Notes: generated by a model not told the origin, from the sequence alone. A stretch of 63,903 bases of DNA, filler included, from a bacterium (GCA_040757115.1; 6 parts of 6 records of this genome joined end to end with filler, not necessarily neighbours in it); one strand, 5' to 3'. Counted from the whole stretch's first letter, positions 53,242-63,901 are shown. Numbers and translations: made by a program.

Positions 53242-53318
53242 GGTGAGCGTAGCTCAATGGTCAGAGCGAAGGACTGTGGCTCCTTAGGCTGGGGGTTCGA
53301 ATCCCCTCGCTTATCCCA
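53242..53318 (+). tRNA. tRNA-His(GUG)
   Basis: G-1, D arm gctc..gagc, anticodon stem aagga/tcctt around GTG, GTTCGAATC, C73 and encoded CCA. Confidence 0.93.
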
Positions 53319-53332
53319 GAAGAGGCAAAAAT

Positions 53333-54112
53333 ATGCACTATGACACTGTATTCAATCGTTCTTTAATTATTTCTACTACCTTTCATATCTGCATAGTCAT
53401 AATTTTTTTCTTTATTACCTTCCACCCCCCTGTTCCTTTATTTAAAACAATCGAAATCTCAATTGTAAGACTTCCAGAAAAAGAAGAACCAAAACCAGAA
53501 ATTTTAAAACCTAAAATCACGAAAAAAATTAGTGGAGTCGTTAAAGAAAAACCTCGTTTAAAGGTCAAAAACTTACCACAAGCGATTAAAAAACCTATAA
53601 TTCCTCCTCCAATTAAATCAACCGGAATACAAGAAGTAAAAGAGATAATAACACCCCTTCCTTCTGCCCCGGGAGGGACTAAAATAGATGATTTTCATGG
53701 CGAAGTGCCTGTGCCGAAATCAACTACCCCACAAGAAATTATCTCTACTGGTGAAAAAGATACACAGGTAAGTTCAATTCTTCCTCCTCAGGAAGGGAAA
53801 AAAGATGGTGAAACAATAGGTCCTTATATTCATATTGGTGGACCGGCTGGTGAAAGAAAGGTGTTATATCAACCAAAGTTTAAAATCCCTTATTGGTTAG
53901 AAAAAAGTGGACAATCCATCAAGGGAAAATTAAAAATCTGGGTTCTACCGGATGGCTCTATTGATAAGGTCGAGATAGATGAATCCTTTGGTTATGCGGA
54001 GATTGACCGATTAGCCCAATCTGCGGTCTATAAATGGCGATTCTATAAACTGCCGTCGGATATTAAAAGAATAGATTGGGGCACGGTAATCATTACAATT
54101 AAATTAGAATAA
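53333..54112 (+). CDS. TonB-family energy transducer
   Basis: N-terminal TM with S..H, Pro/Lys-rich linker, C-terminal DG....ESFG..ID..A..AV.KWRF. Confidence 0.82.
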   Translation: MHYDTVFNRSLIISTTFHICIVIIFFFITFHPPVPLFKTIEISIVRLPEKEEPKPEILKPKITKKISGVVKEKPRLKVKNLPQAIKKPIIPPPIKSTGIQEVKEIITPLPSAPGGTKIDDFHGEVPVPKSTTPQEIISTGEKDTQVSSILPPQEGKKDGETIGPYIHIGGPAGERKVLYQPKFKIPYWLEKSGQSIKGKLKIWVLPDGSIDKVEIDESFGYAEIDRLAQSAVYKWRFYKLPSDIKRIDWGTVIITIKLE

Positions 54113-54114
54113 AA

Positions 54115-54310
54115 GTAACTATTCAGCCACGGATGGACACAGATGAAACACGGATTTTTTGTAACCGTTCAGGCTATATATCAAAAGTGTAAGAAAGGGG
54201 ATAAGGAGATAAGAGTGATATGGAGATAAGATAATAGAAATAGATTGAAATTTATAGAAATAGGTAGAAATTGATTGTGGAAAACAACAAATTTCCATAA
54301 ATTTCTATTA
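54115..54310. mobile_element. Nested IS66-end MITE fragments
   Basis: gtaactattcagccacggat followed at 54161 by an inverted partial copy of the 51871 element. Confidence 0.75.
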
Positions 54311-54528
54311 CTCGATGTTCAAGTTTTTGGATAGGACTCAATATGATAGAAGTTTTTGGCACGAATTAGCTAAATAAAGAAAGGTCTTTTGCCGATAGTA
54401 GAAATAGTGTGAAGACACGAAATTTACTNNNNNNNNNNNNNNNNNNNNNNNNNNNNNNNNNNNNNNNNNNNNTTAATTAATTAANNNNNNNNNNNNNNNN
54501 NNNNNNNNNNNNNNNNNNNNNNNNNNNN

Positions 54529-54979
54529 TAATGAAATTCTGGTTATCCTTCTTCACCAAACTCAATATGTCTATTTCCATCTCTTTTCCATTGCATCTTC
54601 TTCTCAGGTTTGGATTGGTCCATTCAATAGACATCCCTAATCCTTTGAATATTCTCTTAAAAGAAGCAAAGGCTAATCCCTCGGGGATTCTTCCTATCCC
54701 TTTGGTTACACCATCTACGGATTTAAGCAAATTCTCTATTTGTTTATCAACTTTCTTTTGTTCCTCCTCTCTCTTTTTGAACATAGCCCTTAATTCTTCA
54801 TCGGTTTTTTTAAGTTGCTCATCGGTCTTTTTTTGAGCCTCTCTAAGTTCCTCATTACCCTTTCTAAATTCTTCCTGACTCTTTCTAAATTCCTCTTCCT
54901 GACTCTTTCTAAACTCTTCCTGACTCTTTAAAAGCCGCTCTATCCTTCTATCTACATCCTTAAGTTCCGCTTTAGTCAT
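54529..54979 (-). CDS. Coiled-coil repeat + PD-(D/E)XK-like protein (DUF3782-like), runs into gap
   Basis: EEFRKSQ and QKKTDE repeats; G..PEGLA; MEIDIL. Confidence 0.65.
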
Positions 54980-55330
54980 TTTTAATCACCTCTTCATATT
55001 CTATTTTTTAACATTTATTATTTTATATTATTTTACCCCTTTTGTCAATAAATTTTTTTTGGTTCATCAAAACTTTAGCACAGTTACTTATTCCACTACC
55101 AGCTACCAATAAACTTTACCAGATAAAGAGGGGAATAACCCCCAATATTTAACTTATTCTTACCCACAAATTGGGTAGAAGGAGAGAAACAAAGAGAAAT
55201 ACCACGAAGGGCACGAAGGGCAGGGAGAAAAATTATTTTAGGAATGGATTTTTTGGGATTTGATGCATTATCGTAATTATTCAGCCACTGATGGACACGG
55301 ATTAACACGGATGAAATAGTCATAAGATAG

Positions 55331-58300
55331 AACTCAGAGGACAGCGGAATATTCTTTACTACTTTTACAGTTGATTACCAACCAGGCGGAACTACTACTC
55401 TAACCGCAACAGGGCTTAATTCCAATTTAGTCGCTACGGCTACCTTTGTAACCATCACCCAGCCAACTACCGTTATTGAGCAAGAAGACTTCTGGAGATA
55501 TACATATTCACCTAACTCTGGCTGGGAAACATTAGGATATGATGACAGTAGTTGGAGTAAAGGCAGAGCTCCTTTCGGAAATCAGTCTGATGGTGATTGG
55601 ATTCCTCATACAGATTGGCCTGCAGGGACGACACTATACCTTAGAAAGTATATTGATTTACCTGCATCTGCTAAATTGACTATCTATACTGGCGTAGATA
55701 ACGAAATCCATATCTATATAAATGGTGTTAATATTTTTAATGCCTCTGCTCATGGATTTACATATCGCTGGGAATATACATTTGACATTCCTAAAGGATA
55801 TATAAACCCAGGAAGAAATGTAATTGCTGTGCAAGCAGTGGATTGGGGTGGCGCGACAGGATTTGATCTGAAGGCTATTGCTGAGGTCAATATACCTCCA
55901 ATGGGTTCTATGGCAATTAGTTCTGTGCCTTCGGAGGCAAAAATTTACTCAGATGGAATGGATACAGGTAAACTCACTCCTGCTGTCTTGACCAATCTAT
56001 CCACAGGTAGTCATCAAATTGTCTTAACTAAGCCTTTGTATAACAATTGGGCTGAAACTGTTACTGTATCCTCGGGACAGACTACAGAAATAGATGTTCC
56101 TCTTAGACTTTCTCCAACAATTATCATTACCCCTATTTCTGGTACTGTTGGAATTATAATCACAGTTACAGGTGAAAACTTTAGTCCAATTGAGGCAATT
56201 AGGATTGATTTTGGTCTGATTTCCTCAATTACCATCGCCACTACTACTGCCTACGGCACCTTTGCCACTACTTTTACGGTATCTTCTCAACCAGCAGGAA
56301 CCACTACTATTGTGGCTACTGGTCTAACTTCCGGGTCAAAAGCCTATGCTACCTTCACGCTTACTACTCCACCGCAAGCAACACTGACTGTCCGCTTAGA
56401 CCAGATTGATGCCGCTAAATTCCCCACTATCGAATGCCATGTCCGTGTAACTCAAGGAACGACATCTATTGCAGGACTGACAGCGGATAATTTCCAATTA
56501 ACCGAGCAGTCTGAATTAGAATCTATACCGACCGTAGAGATAATCAGTGTCAGTGCAACTAATACTGGGGGTGTAGCTATTGCCCAGGTATTAGATAGAA
56601 GTGGTAGTATGCAAGGTCAGAAGATAACCGATGCTAAAACCGCCGCTAATTCCCTTGTTGATATGATGCAACCTCTGGATAGAATGGCGATAGTCTCTTT
56701 TGCTTCAAATGTTACTGTTGACCAATCCTTTACCAGTAATCAATCTGCCTTACATACCGCTATCAACAACTTAGTTGCCGATGGAGGCACGGCTTTGTAT
56801 GATGGCATATATATGGGAATAGGTCAATGCACACAAGAAATCGGTGTTAAAGCAGTTATTGCTTTGACTGATGGTCAGGAAAATAGTAGTTCACATACTC
56901 AGCAACAGGTGATTGATTATGCTATTGCCAGTGCTGTGCCTGTTTATACCATTGGCTTAGGTGGTGATGTAGATGCAGGGATACTTACGCATATTGCCAC
57001 ATCTACCGGTGGCACATACCATTTTTCACCAAACTCTACCCAGCTACAAGAGATATTTGCAGATATTAGAGAAGAGATAGAACAGCAGTATTTAGTTACT
57101 TATAATACTCATAACCCGAATTATGATGGCACACTGCGGAATGTAGTCATTACTGCGAGTTATAACTCTGCCATTGGCTCAGATTCGGGGACATATCGTG
57201 TAGATGAACCACCGAAAATTATCCGCACCCCAGAAACTATTGCCTTAGGTTCACAAAGTCAACCTGCCAACCAACCACTAACTATCGCCGCAACCATTAC
57301 TGATAATACCGCAGTTACTAATGCCACCTTATTCTATCGACATTCGGGAACACTAACCAGCTATTCTCAGCTGACTATGACTCATATAGGTAATAACCTG
57401 TATAAAACAACTATCCCAGCCGCAAGTGTTAATTACCCGGGCGTGGATTACTATATCACTGCCTCAGATGGTAGATTAGTCGCTTCAGACCCAAAGAACA
57501 ATCCTGAAACCTACCCATATCAGATTGCGGTATATCCAAATGAAAAACCAGTGATTATACATACCCCTGTTTCTGGAGCGTTAATTAACTCATCAGTAAC
57601 TATTACTGCCTATGCTACGGATACCACAGATTATATTACTTCGGTAACCTTATCCTATCGTATCAAGGGTTATGTGCTTTATGAGAATGTAGTTATGACT
57701 AAGGCAGGTAATACCTATACCGCTACCATACCGGCGAATAAGATGACCTTTGCCGGGGTCGAATACTATATTGTCGCGATGGACAATTATGGTTTGCGGG
57801 CATATCACGGCACCGATGTTAATCCACACTACATTCGTCCCAATGTTCCACCGAGTATAACTATTACCGCACCACCAGCACAAGGGGCTTATGCTACCAG
57901 TTCTTATACCATCGCCTGGGTAGATGCTGACCCGGATAATGATGCCCAAATATCACTCTACTATGATACCAATAACACTGGCTATGACGGCTCAACTATC
58001 ACTACTGGACTTTCTGAAGATAGCAGTATCAATAGCTATATCTGGGATATCTCAACTATCCCTGAAGGTAGTTACTACATCTATGCTAAGATAGATGATG
58101 GCACTAATACACCGGTCTATGACTACAGCAATGGACCATTAAATATTGATCATTCACTACCACGAGCAACCATTACTACCACCCCTGCGTCACCAATTAC
58201 TGCTACTGGCACAGTCTATGTTATCTTAACTGCCTCAGAAAAATTATCTGCCGTCTCACTGACATTTACTCCCTATGGTAAATCACCTATCTCTATACCG

Positions 58301-61300
58301 TTGACTACCACAGATTATATCACCTGGCAGGGTAATTTCCAGGTTACTCTTTATACTGGCGATGGGATAGGCACATTTAATTATACCTTGAAGGATTTAT
58401 TCGGTGTTGCTTTTCCAGGCAGCCAAACCCTGGAAATAGATGTTGCTGGTGTCATATTTACACAGTCGAATTATAGCTTCAATGTAGAAAAGGACTATAA
58501 CCAGCAAGGATTGGTCAAGGTTAAGAATATTGATAATGAAGCACATCAATTTTCAGCTCAGACGCTTAATGTCCCTGAAGGGATAGCGGTAGATTTTATC
58601 GGTGATGGCTCTGTAGATAGTCCTATTACCTTACAGCCTGGTGAAGAAAGAAATCTTATTCTATCCATACATACGCAATATGCCACCAAAACAAACTACT
58701 CATTACAAGGAACATTGACCAATGATGAAGGACTAATTTCGCATACGACAATAAATATTAATGTTCGGCTGCCCGAGGTTAGGTTTACGGTTAGTCTCAT
58801 CAGTGAAGACCCAATGACATTAGCCAAAACCTATAGAATTACCAATATAGGTGCTGACCCAATTCCGGATTTAACCATTGACCTGGGAACGCTTACAGAT
58901 AAGGTTATTATGCATCCGCTACTCTATACCATATATTTAGGGACACAGAGCTATGTTGAATTTAAGTTAGTGCCGATTATCAATGAGACTTTTACCGGGC
59001 TATCTGGCACCTGGAGTGTGAGTAGTGGGGATAAGGTGGTGGAGGTTCTTACTACCTGGCAGGTTACAGGGACGATATACAAGGTAACATTAAATCAGCC
59101 AAAACTCGTTTTTGACATTAGTTATCTCTATCAATATCAAGAGGGATATTATGTCTGGGTGCAATACTGCCCCAATCAACCACCACGCCGGGTATGGGTC
59201 GCAGACCCAAGGTTAATTAAGAGCATTGACCCATTCTATATACCAACAGGATTTGGGACTGCCAATGTCCAAAGTGCAAACTTGAGTATGCATTTTAGTC
59301 AAGGAAATATTCAGGCTAATCGTGATACCTATATTTATATAAATAATAATGAAGTGGGTAGATTACTAAATGTTAATCCGGAAGGGTATTATACATTTCC
59401 AGTTGTGCCAGAGTATTTTCTGTATCCCGACCCGTATGTTGGTAATCGCCGCAATGAGATAAATATGGAGACAAATATAAATACGGGGCACTTAGCCTGG
59501 GTAGGTAACTTTAGGGTGACCATACTCTTAGATAAGTTTGAGGTGTATGTTATTGCCACAAGTTCAGCGGCGGCTACGACTACTGCCTGGGCATTGCCTT
59601 ATGTGCATCATAATTCTGAGCAATTATTTGTTAATATTACTCAGCCACCGGCTGGCTTTGAGTATAAGAAAGGCACTAAGGTGTTGATTAAAGCTGAGGT
59701 CAAGGATGAGCATGACCTCTTCCAGTGGCTGTGTAATGTTCAGGCAAGTTTTACTAATAGCACCTCAACTTTGAATTTATATGACGATGGCATGCATAAT
59801 GATGCCGGTGTAAATGACGGTATTTATGCCAACTACTGGTATCCTGTAAGTGAAGGGACTGTTACTATCACTGTGGTTGCCAGTAACTGCAAAACACAGG
59901 CAACCGATACAGTTACCGGCACGATTATTGGAAACCGAGCACCTACAGTAGATATACTTACACCAACAGAACTACAAACATTACAAGGAACTACCACTAT
60001 CTCGTATCAAGCCACAGACCCAGATGGCGATAGTTTATACTTCTATATCTATTATAGTGCCTCTTCGATTGGTCCCTGGAATCTGTTCTACATCGGCGTA
60101 AATACCGCCTATCTCTGGAATACTAACATCCTGGAAAATGGTATTTACTATATTCGGGTAGTAGCCAGTGACCCTAGCGGATTGACAGGCTCAGATACCG
60201 TCAAGGTAACTGTAAAGAATAAAAAACCAAAGATTAGAGTTAATCCTACTGCTGGCTCTCAATGTGCCTTAGTTACGGTTTATGGTGAAGACTTTGGTGC
60301 GACAGAGACGGTTCAGATTGACTTTGGGCTACATCTTAATATTACTACTGGCATGACTAATGCCGAAGGCTCATTTACTACCTATTTTACCGTTGATACC
60401 CAGGCTGTAGGCACTATCTCAGTTGTCGCTACAGGTATAAATTCACACCTGAGGGCCTCTGCAGATTTCACTATTACCGCAATACACTATATCAAAGGAT
60501 ATATTCGCTATGCGAATGGTGAAGGAATTCCAGGCATCAAAGTCTATTTAATGAGCCCTATAGTAAATGATTGTTATATCACTTCTGCGGATGGTTATTA
60601 TGAATTTAATAATTTACCTACAGGATATTATCGCACCAGACCGTTCAAGGAGTGGTATACCTTTGAGCCGCCGGGTAGGGAATATTATCCTGTATTAAAT
60701 GCCAGTTATGATAATCAGAATTACATCGGGACACCACAGAGGTATTATATTAAAGGTAGATGTAAGACAGAGGCAGATGAAGGGATAGGTGGAGTGCAGG
60801 TAGTTTTATCAGGTTCTGTGCAGGCAACCTATACGACTAATGCCAGTGGATATTATGCCTTCTGGGATGTTCCGGGTGGCACATATACCATCACCCCTTA
60901 TAGGCAATTCTATACCTTTGTTCCGGCAAATAGAATCCTTCCTAACATAGATTTCCATCAAGCAGGACAGGATTTTGTTGGCACATCTACAACTGTAGAA
61001 AGATATTATATCAAAGGAACTATCACGGATATGAGTCATAATCCGTTAGCCGGGGTAAGGGTATATCTGTTAGGCACGATGGATAATGTTTTTATCACCA
61101 GAGCAGATGGTTATTATGAATTTAGCAATCTTGTGCCAGGTTATTATCGAACCAGTCCGTGGAAACAAGGATATACCTTCAGACCATCTGGCAAAAGATA
61201 TGAATACCTGTGTAGCCATTATGAGCATCAAGACTTTGACGATGATGGTCCACCACAAGGAATTCAACCACCACCACCTACCAGTACACTCACATCGCTA

Positions 61301-61921
61301 TTCTTTGTAGTAAAGGATAATGCAGGAAAAGGAATAGCAGGGGCACAGATTACACTGACGCCATTAAATGTAGAAAATGTAGTGAGGGTCTTCAGACCCG
61401 TTGGGGAAAACGCATCTAAAGATGCTCACTACAGACCCGTCTCGGCTGGCATTATCACTGATGCAGATGGTATGGCAGATATTATCAAACCTATCTCAGA
61501 ATTGTATGGCCACTATAAAATAGAGGTGGCAAAACCAGGCTATAACTGCGAAGCTCAGATGATTACTATTACCGAAGAGACGATAGCACTGGATATTCCT
61601 CTACTCCTACAGCCAATTATTTTACTCCCAACTGTAAATAAACTTTACCAGAATTACCCAAATCCATTCAATCCCAATCAGGAAGAAACACAGATTTCGT
61701 ATGATTTAGCCGTGAATGCTCATATAGTCATTAAGATTTACAACATTGCTGGAGAATTAGTCAGGACATTAGAGGAAGATAAACTTGCTGGGTCAAATAT
61801 TACTACCCTATGGAATGGTAGAAACGATGATGGTGATATAGTTTCATCAGGCGTCTATTTCTATCAATTACATATTGGTGGAAGTGTAGTTGGGACTAAG
61901 AAGATATTAGTAATAAAATAG
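55331..61921 (+). CDS. Very large multidomain surface protein (beta-sandwich, PEGA, vWA, Ig/CnaB-like repeats, FlgD-Ig/T9SS-like CTD), 5'-truncated
   Basis: Frame is open from 55331, upstream of the called TTG; PEGA SSVPSEAKIY; vWA DRSGSM/TALYD/LTDG; CTD QNYPNPFNP..IYNIAGELVR..WNGRND.G..SSGVYFY..KKILVIK. Confidence 0.85.
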   Translation, partial: NSEDSGIFFTTFTVDYQPGGTTTLTATGLNSNLVATATFVTITQPTTVIEQEDFWRYTYSPNSGWETLGYDDSSWSKGRAPFGNQSDGDWIPHTDWPAGTTLYLRKYIDLPASAKLTIYTGVDNEIHIYINGVNIFNASAHGFTYRWEYTFDIPKGYINPGRNVIAVQAVDWGGATGFDLKAIAEVNIPPMGSMAISSVPSEAKIYSDGMDTGKLTPAVLTNLSTGSHQIVLTKPLYNNWAETVTVSSGQTTEIDVPLRLSPTIIITPISGTVGIIITVTGENFSPIEAIRIDFGLISSITIATTTAYGTFATTFTVSSQPAGTTTIVATGLTSGSKAYATFTLTTPPQATLTVRLDQIDAAKFPTIECHVRVTQGTTSIAGLTADNFQLTEQSELESIPTVEIISVSATNTGGVAIAQVLDRSGSMQGQKITDAKTAANSLVDMMQPLDRMAIVSFASNVTVDQSFTSNQSALHTAINNLVADGGTALYDGIYMGIGQCTQEIGVKAVIALTDGQENSSSHTQQQVIDYAIASAVPVYTIGLGGDVDAGILTHIATSTGGTYHFSPNSTQLQEIFADIREEIEQQYLVTYNTHNPNYDGTLRNVVITASYNSAIGSDSGTYRVDEPPKIIRTPETIALGSQSQPANQPLTIAATITDNTAVTNATLFYRHSGTLTSYSQLTMTHIGNNLYKTTIPAASVNYPGVDYYITASDGRLVASDPKNNPETYPYQIAVYPNEKPVIIHTPVSGALINSSVTITAYATDTTDYITSVTLSYRIKGYVLYENVVMTKAGNTYTATIPANKMTFAGVEYYIVAMDNYGLRAYHGTDVNPHYIRPNVPPSITITAPPAQGAYATSSYTIAWVDADPDNDAQISLYYDTNNTGYDGSTITTGLSEDSSINSYIWDISTIPEGSYYIYAKIDDGTNTPVYDYSNGPLNIDHSLPRATITTTPASPITATGTVYVILTASEKLSAVSLTFTPYGKSPISIPLTTTDYITWQGNFQVTLYTGDGIGTFNYTLKDLFGVAFPGSQTLEIDVAGVIFTQSNYSFNVEKDYNQQGLVKVKNIDNEAHQFSAQTLNVPEGIAVDFIGDGSVDSPITLQPGEERNLILSIHTQYATKTNYSLQGTLTNDEGLISHTTININVRLPEVRFTVSLISEDPMTLAKTYRITNIGADPIPDLTIDLGTLTDKVIMHPLLYTIYLGTQSYVEFKLVPIINETFTGLSGTWSVSSGDKVVEVLTTWQVTGTIYKVTLNQPKLVFDISYLYQYQEGYYVWVQYCPNQPPRRVWVADPRLIKSIDPFYIPTGFGTANVQSANLSMHFSQGNIQANRDTYIYINNNEVGRLLNVNPEGYYTFPVVPEYFLYPDPYVGNRRNEINMETNINTGHLAWVGNFRVTILLDKFEVYVIATSSAAATTTAWALPYVHHNSEQLFVNITQPPAGFEYKKGTKVLIKAEVKDEHDLFQWLCNVQASFTNSTSTLNLYDDGMHNDAGVNDGIYANYWYPVSEGTVTITVVASNCKTQATDTVTGTIIGNRAPTVDILTPTELQTLQGTTTISYQATDPDGDSLYFYIYYSASSIGPWNLFYIGVNTAYLWNTNILENGIYYIRVVASDPSGLTGSDTVKVTVKNKKPKIRVNPTAGSQCALVTVYGEDFGATETVQIDFGLHLNITTGMTNAEGSFTTYFTVDTQAVGTISVVATGINSHLRASADFTITAIHYIKGYIRYANGEGIPGIKVYLMSPIVNDCYITSADGYYEFNNLPTGYYRTRPFKEWYTFEPPGREYYPVLNASYDNQNYIGTPQRYYIKGRCKTEADEGIGGVQVVLSGSVQATYTTNASGYYAFWDVPGGTYTITPYRQFYTFVPANRILPNIDFHQAGQDFVGTSTTVERYYIKGTITDMSHNPLAGVRVYLLGTMDNVFITRADGYYEFSNLVPGYYRTSPWKQGYTFRPSGKRYEYLCSHYEHQDFDDDGPPQGIQPPPPTSTLTSLFFVVKDNAGKGIAGAQITLTPLNVENVVRVFRPVGENASKDAHYRPVSAGIITDADGMADIIKPISELYGHYKIEVAKPGYNCEAQMITITEETIALDIPLLLQPIILLPTVNKLYQNYPNPFNPNQEETQISYDLAVNAHIVIKIYNIAGELVRTLEEDKLAGSNITTLWNGRNDDGDIVSSGVYFYQLHIGGSVVGTKKILVIK
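61379..61432. repeat. GTAG-type REP doublet inserted in frame
   Basis: gtagtgag-ggtcttcagacc...gcatctaaagatgc-tcactac, 54 bp. Confidence 0.7.
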
Positions 61922-62012
61922 GACGCAGATGTACAGGATTTACAGGATTTTTAAAAAATATTATCCTAATAATCTGCGAAAATCTGCGTCCCAAAAAAGG
62001 AGGTAAAATAAA

Positions 62013-62930
62013 ATGTTAAACAAAACTATTTCGTTAATTCTAACAATACTAACTTTTCCCATAATTTGTCAGGCGGCTTCTGATACCGGCGCTGATTTCT
62101 TGAAATTAGGTATTGGTGCCAGACCTTCAGCTCTGGGTGAGGCATTTTGTGCCCTGGCAGATAGTGTTGACTCTATCTATTACAATCCGGCAGGATTAGC
62201 CCGGCTGAAACAAAAAGAGGTTTCTGCAATGTATGGCGATAAACGAGAGGATACTGCCCGCACATCATTAGTTTATGCCCAGCCACTACAAGAATGGGAA
62301 GCTGGCGGTGTATTAGGAATAGGTATCATCTATCAAGACTTAGGTGAGATAGAACTGCGTAATAAATTTAATCACCCACAAGGTTCTATCAATCCCGCTG
62401 AGTTTGCCGTGATTTTCTCCTATGCGAAAAAGTATTATGAAAATCTATTATTAGGTGGGAATGTAAAATACATCCAACGCGAGCTTAAGAAAATAAAGGC
62501 TAAAGGCGTTGCCTTTGACCTTGGTCTCCTATATTTCCCGCAAATCCCAAAATTCCTGAACCTGTCAGGAACAGGTTTAACCACAGGTCTGTGTCTGGAG
62601 AATATAGGTAGTAAGATAAAGGGTGATGAGTTGCCGTTAAACTTACGGCTTGGTGTGGCGTATTCGCCTTTAAATAATCTCTCCTGTAGTTTAGATGTGA
62701 ACCAACACCTTTATAATTCCGACTTATGTTGGAATCTTGGGCTTGAATATAGATATAGTTTGTTGGCTGTAAGACTGGGCTATTTTGACAAAGGAAGACA
62801 GATAAAGGGATTGAGTTATGGATTTGGAATAAAGTATCTGGGCTATCAGCTTGACTTTGCCAATCTTGCCAGTGGTGAGATGGAAAATGCAGAAGATATG
62901 AACCGCATATCCCTCTCAGTGAGTTGGTAA
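62013..62930 (+). CDS. PorV/PorQ-like (UPF0164) outer-membrane beta-barrel
   Basis: Signal peptide; FLKLGIGARPSALGEAF, YYNPAGLA; C-terminal RISLSVSW beta-signal. Confidence 0.85.
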   Translation: MLNKTISLILTILTFPIICQAASDTGADFLKLGIGARPSALGEAFCALADSVDSIYYNPAGLARLKQKEVSAMYGDKREDTARTSLVYAQPLQEWEAGGVLGIGIIYQDLGEIELRNKFNHPQGSINPAEFAVIFSYAKKYYENLLLGGNVKYIQRELKKIKAKGVAFDLGLLYFPQIPKFLNLSGTGLTTGLCLENIGSKIKGDELPLNLRLGVAYSPLNNLSCSLDVNQHLYNSDLCWNLGLEYRYSLLAVRLGYFDKGRQIKGLSYGFGIKYLGYQLDFANLASGEMENAEDMNRISLSVSW

Positions 62931-63146
62931 CCGCAGGCTTTGTATGTGTTTAGCGTGTTCTGAATGACGCTAATTTAAGGCGTAACTCTTTGGTAAATAA
63001 TAGGCTTTTTAAAAATTCTCTGCGTCTCTGTGTCTCTGCGGTGAAAAACTTCTCTCTTCAAACAAAAGCAAAAAGGAGGTGGTAAGATATTTCAACGCTG
63101 GCGAAGAGTTGACATAAAAATCTAAAACAAAAGGAGGTGAAAAAAA

Positions 63147-63809
63147 ATGAAAAAACTAACATTACTTACTATGCTTGTCCTTGGGCTACTTGCTACCGCT
63201 ACCTATACAACTACAGTATACGCAGAAGATACACAAGCTTATCTTACCCAAACTAATCAAGCTACTGACTATGCTTGGGGATTAGGAAAAGTTACTCCCT
63301 GTCACTATGATGGTCCAGGTCCATATGTATCTACTATGACCCATACCTATTTCTATGGATCAAGAACAAGTTTAATCGTAGATATTGCTGACCAACATCT
63401 CGAGTGGGAAGCTATAGGTCTACCAAATGATTACATGATCAGGTGGACAAATATTTATGCACGGGCACTTTCCATAAGAGAACCATTCTATTTAAGGATG
63501 ACGGTAGATGGGTGTGCAGATGTACTGAGAATTGGTGGTACGCAAACTATCCCCACATACTATGCTGTAGGAACTGCAAGTGGTAGTCATCCTGGGCCAG
63601 GTGATTTTGTTCGTGCGAATGAATTTAGGAGTTTAGTGGGACCTCCCCATGGGGATTATAGAACACCAAATGCAAGGATACCATCTTCCGGCGGAGGATC
63701 CGCCATTCGCTATAACAAAGACTTATGGGCAAGGGTGGTTCCAGATGATAGTACTCTTACAGGTAGGTATGAGGATATATTCCTTATTACCTTTGTAGTA
63801 GAGTTCTAA
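63147..63809 (+). CDS. Secreted hypothetical protein
   Basis: AGGAGG RBS; signal peptide ending VYA; C-terminal GRYEDIFLITF beta-strand. Confidence 0.75.
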   Translation: MKKLTLLTMLVLGLLATATYTTTVYAEDTQAYLTQTNQATDYAWGLGKVTPCHYDGPGPYVSTMTHTYFYGSRTSLIVDIADQHLEWEAIGLPNDYMIRWTNIYARALSIREPFYLRMTVDGCADVLRIGGTQTIPTYYAVGTASGSHPGPGDFVRANEFRSLVGPPHGDYRTPNARIPSSGGGSAIRYNKDLWARVVPDDSTLTGRYEDIFLITFVVEF

Positions 63810-63855
63810 ATCTTGACAGAGGAGTATTTGTGAGGAAGTATTCCAGCGACTGACG

Positions 63856-63901
63856 AGAGAGACCTGTTTCCTTCTTGTCTGAGAGGGGCAGGTCTCTCTT
63901 T
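63856..63901 (+). terminator. Probable intrinsic terminator
   Basis: agagagacctg...caggtctctct stem followed by Ts. Confidence 0.6.
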
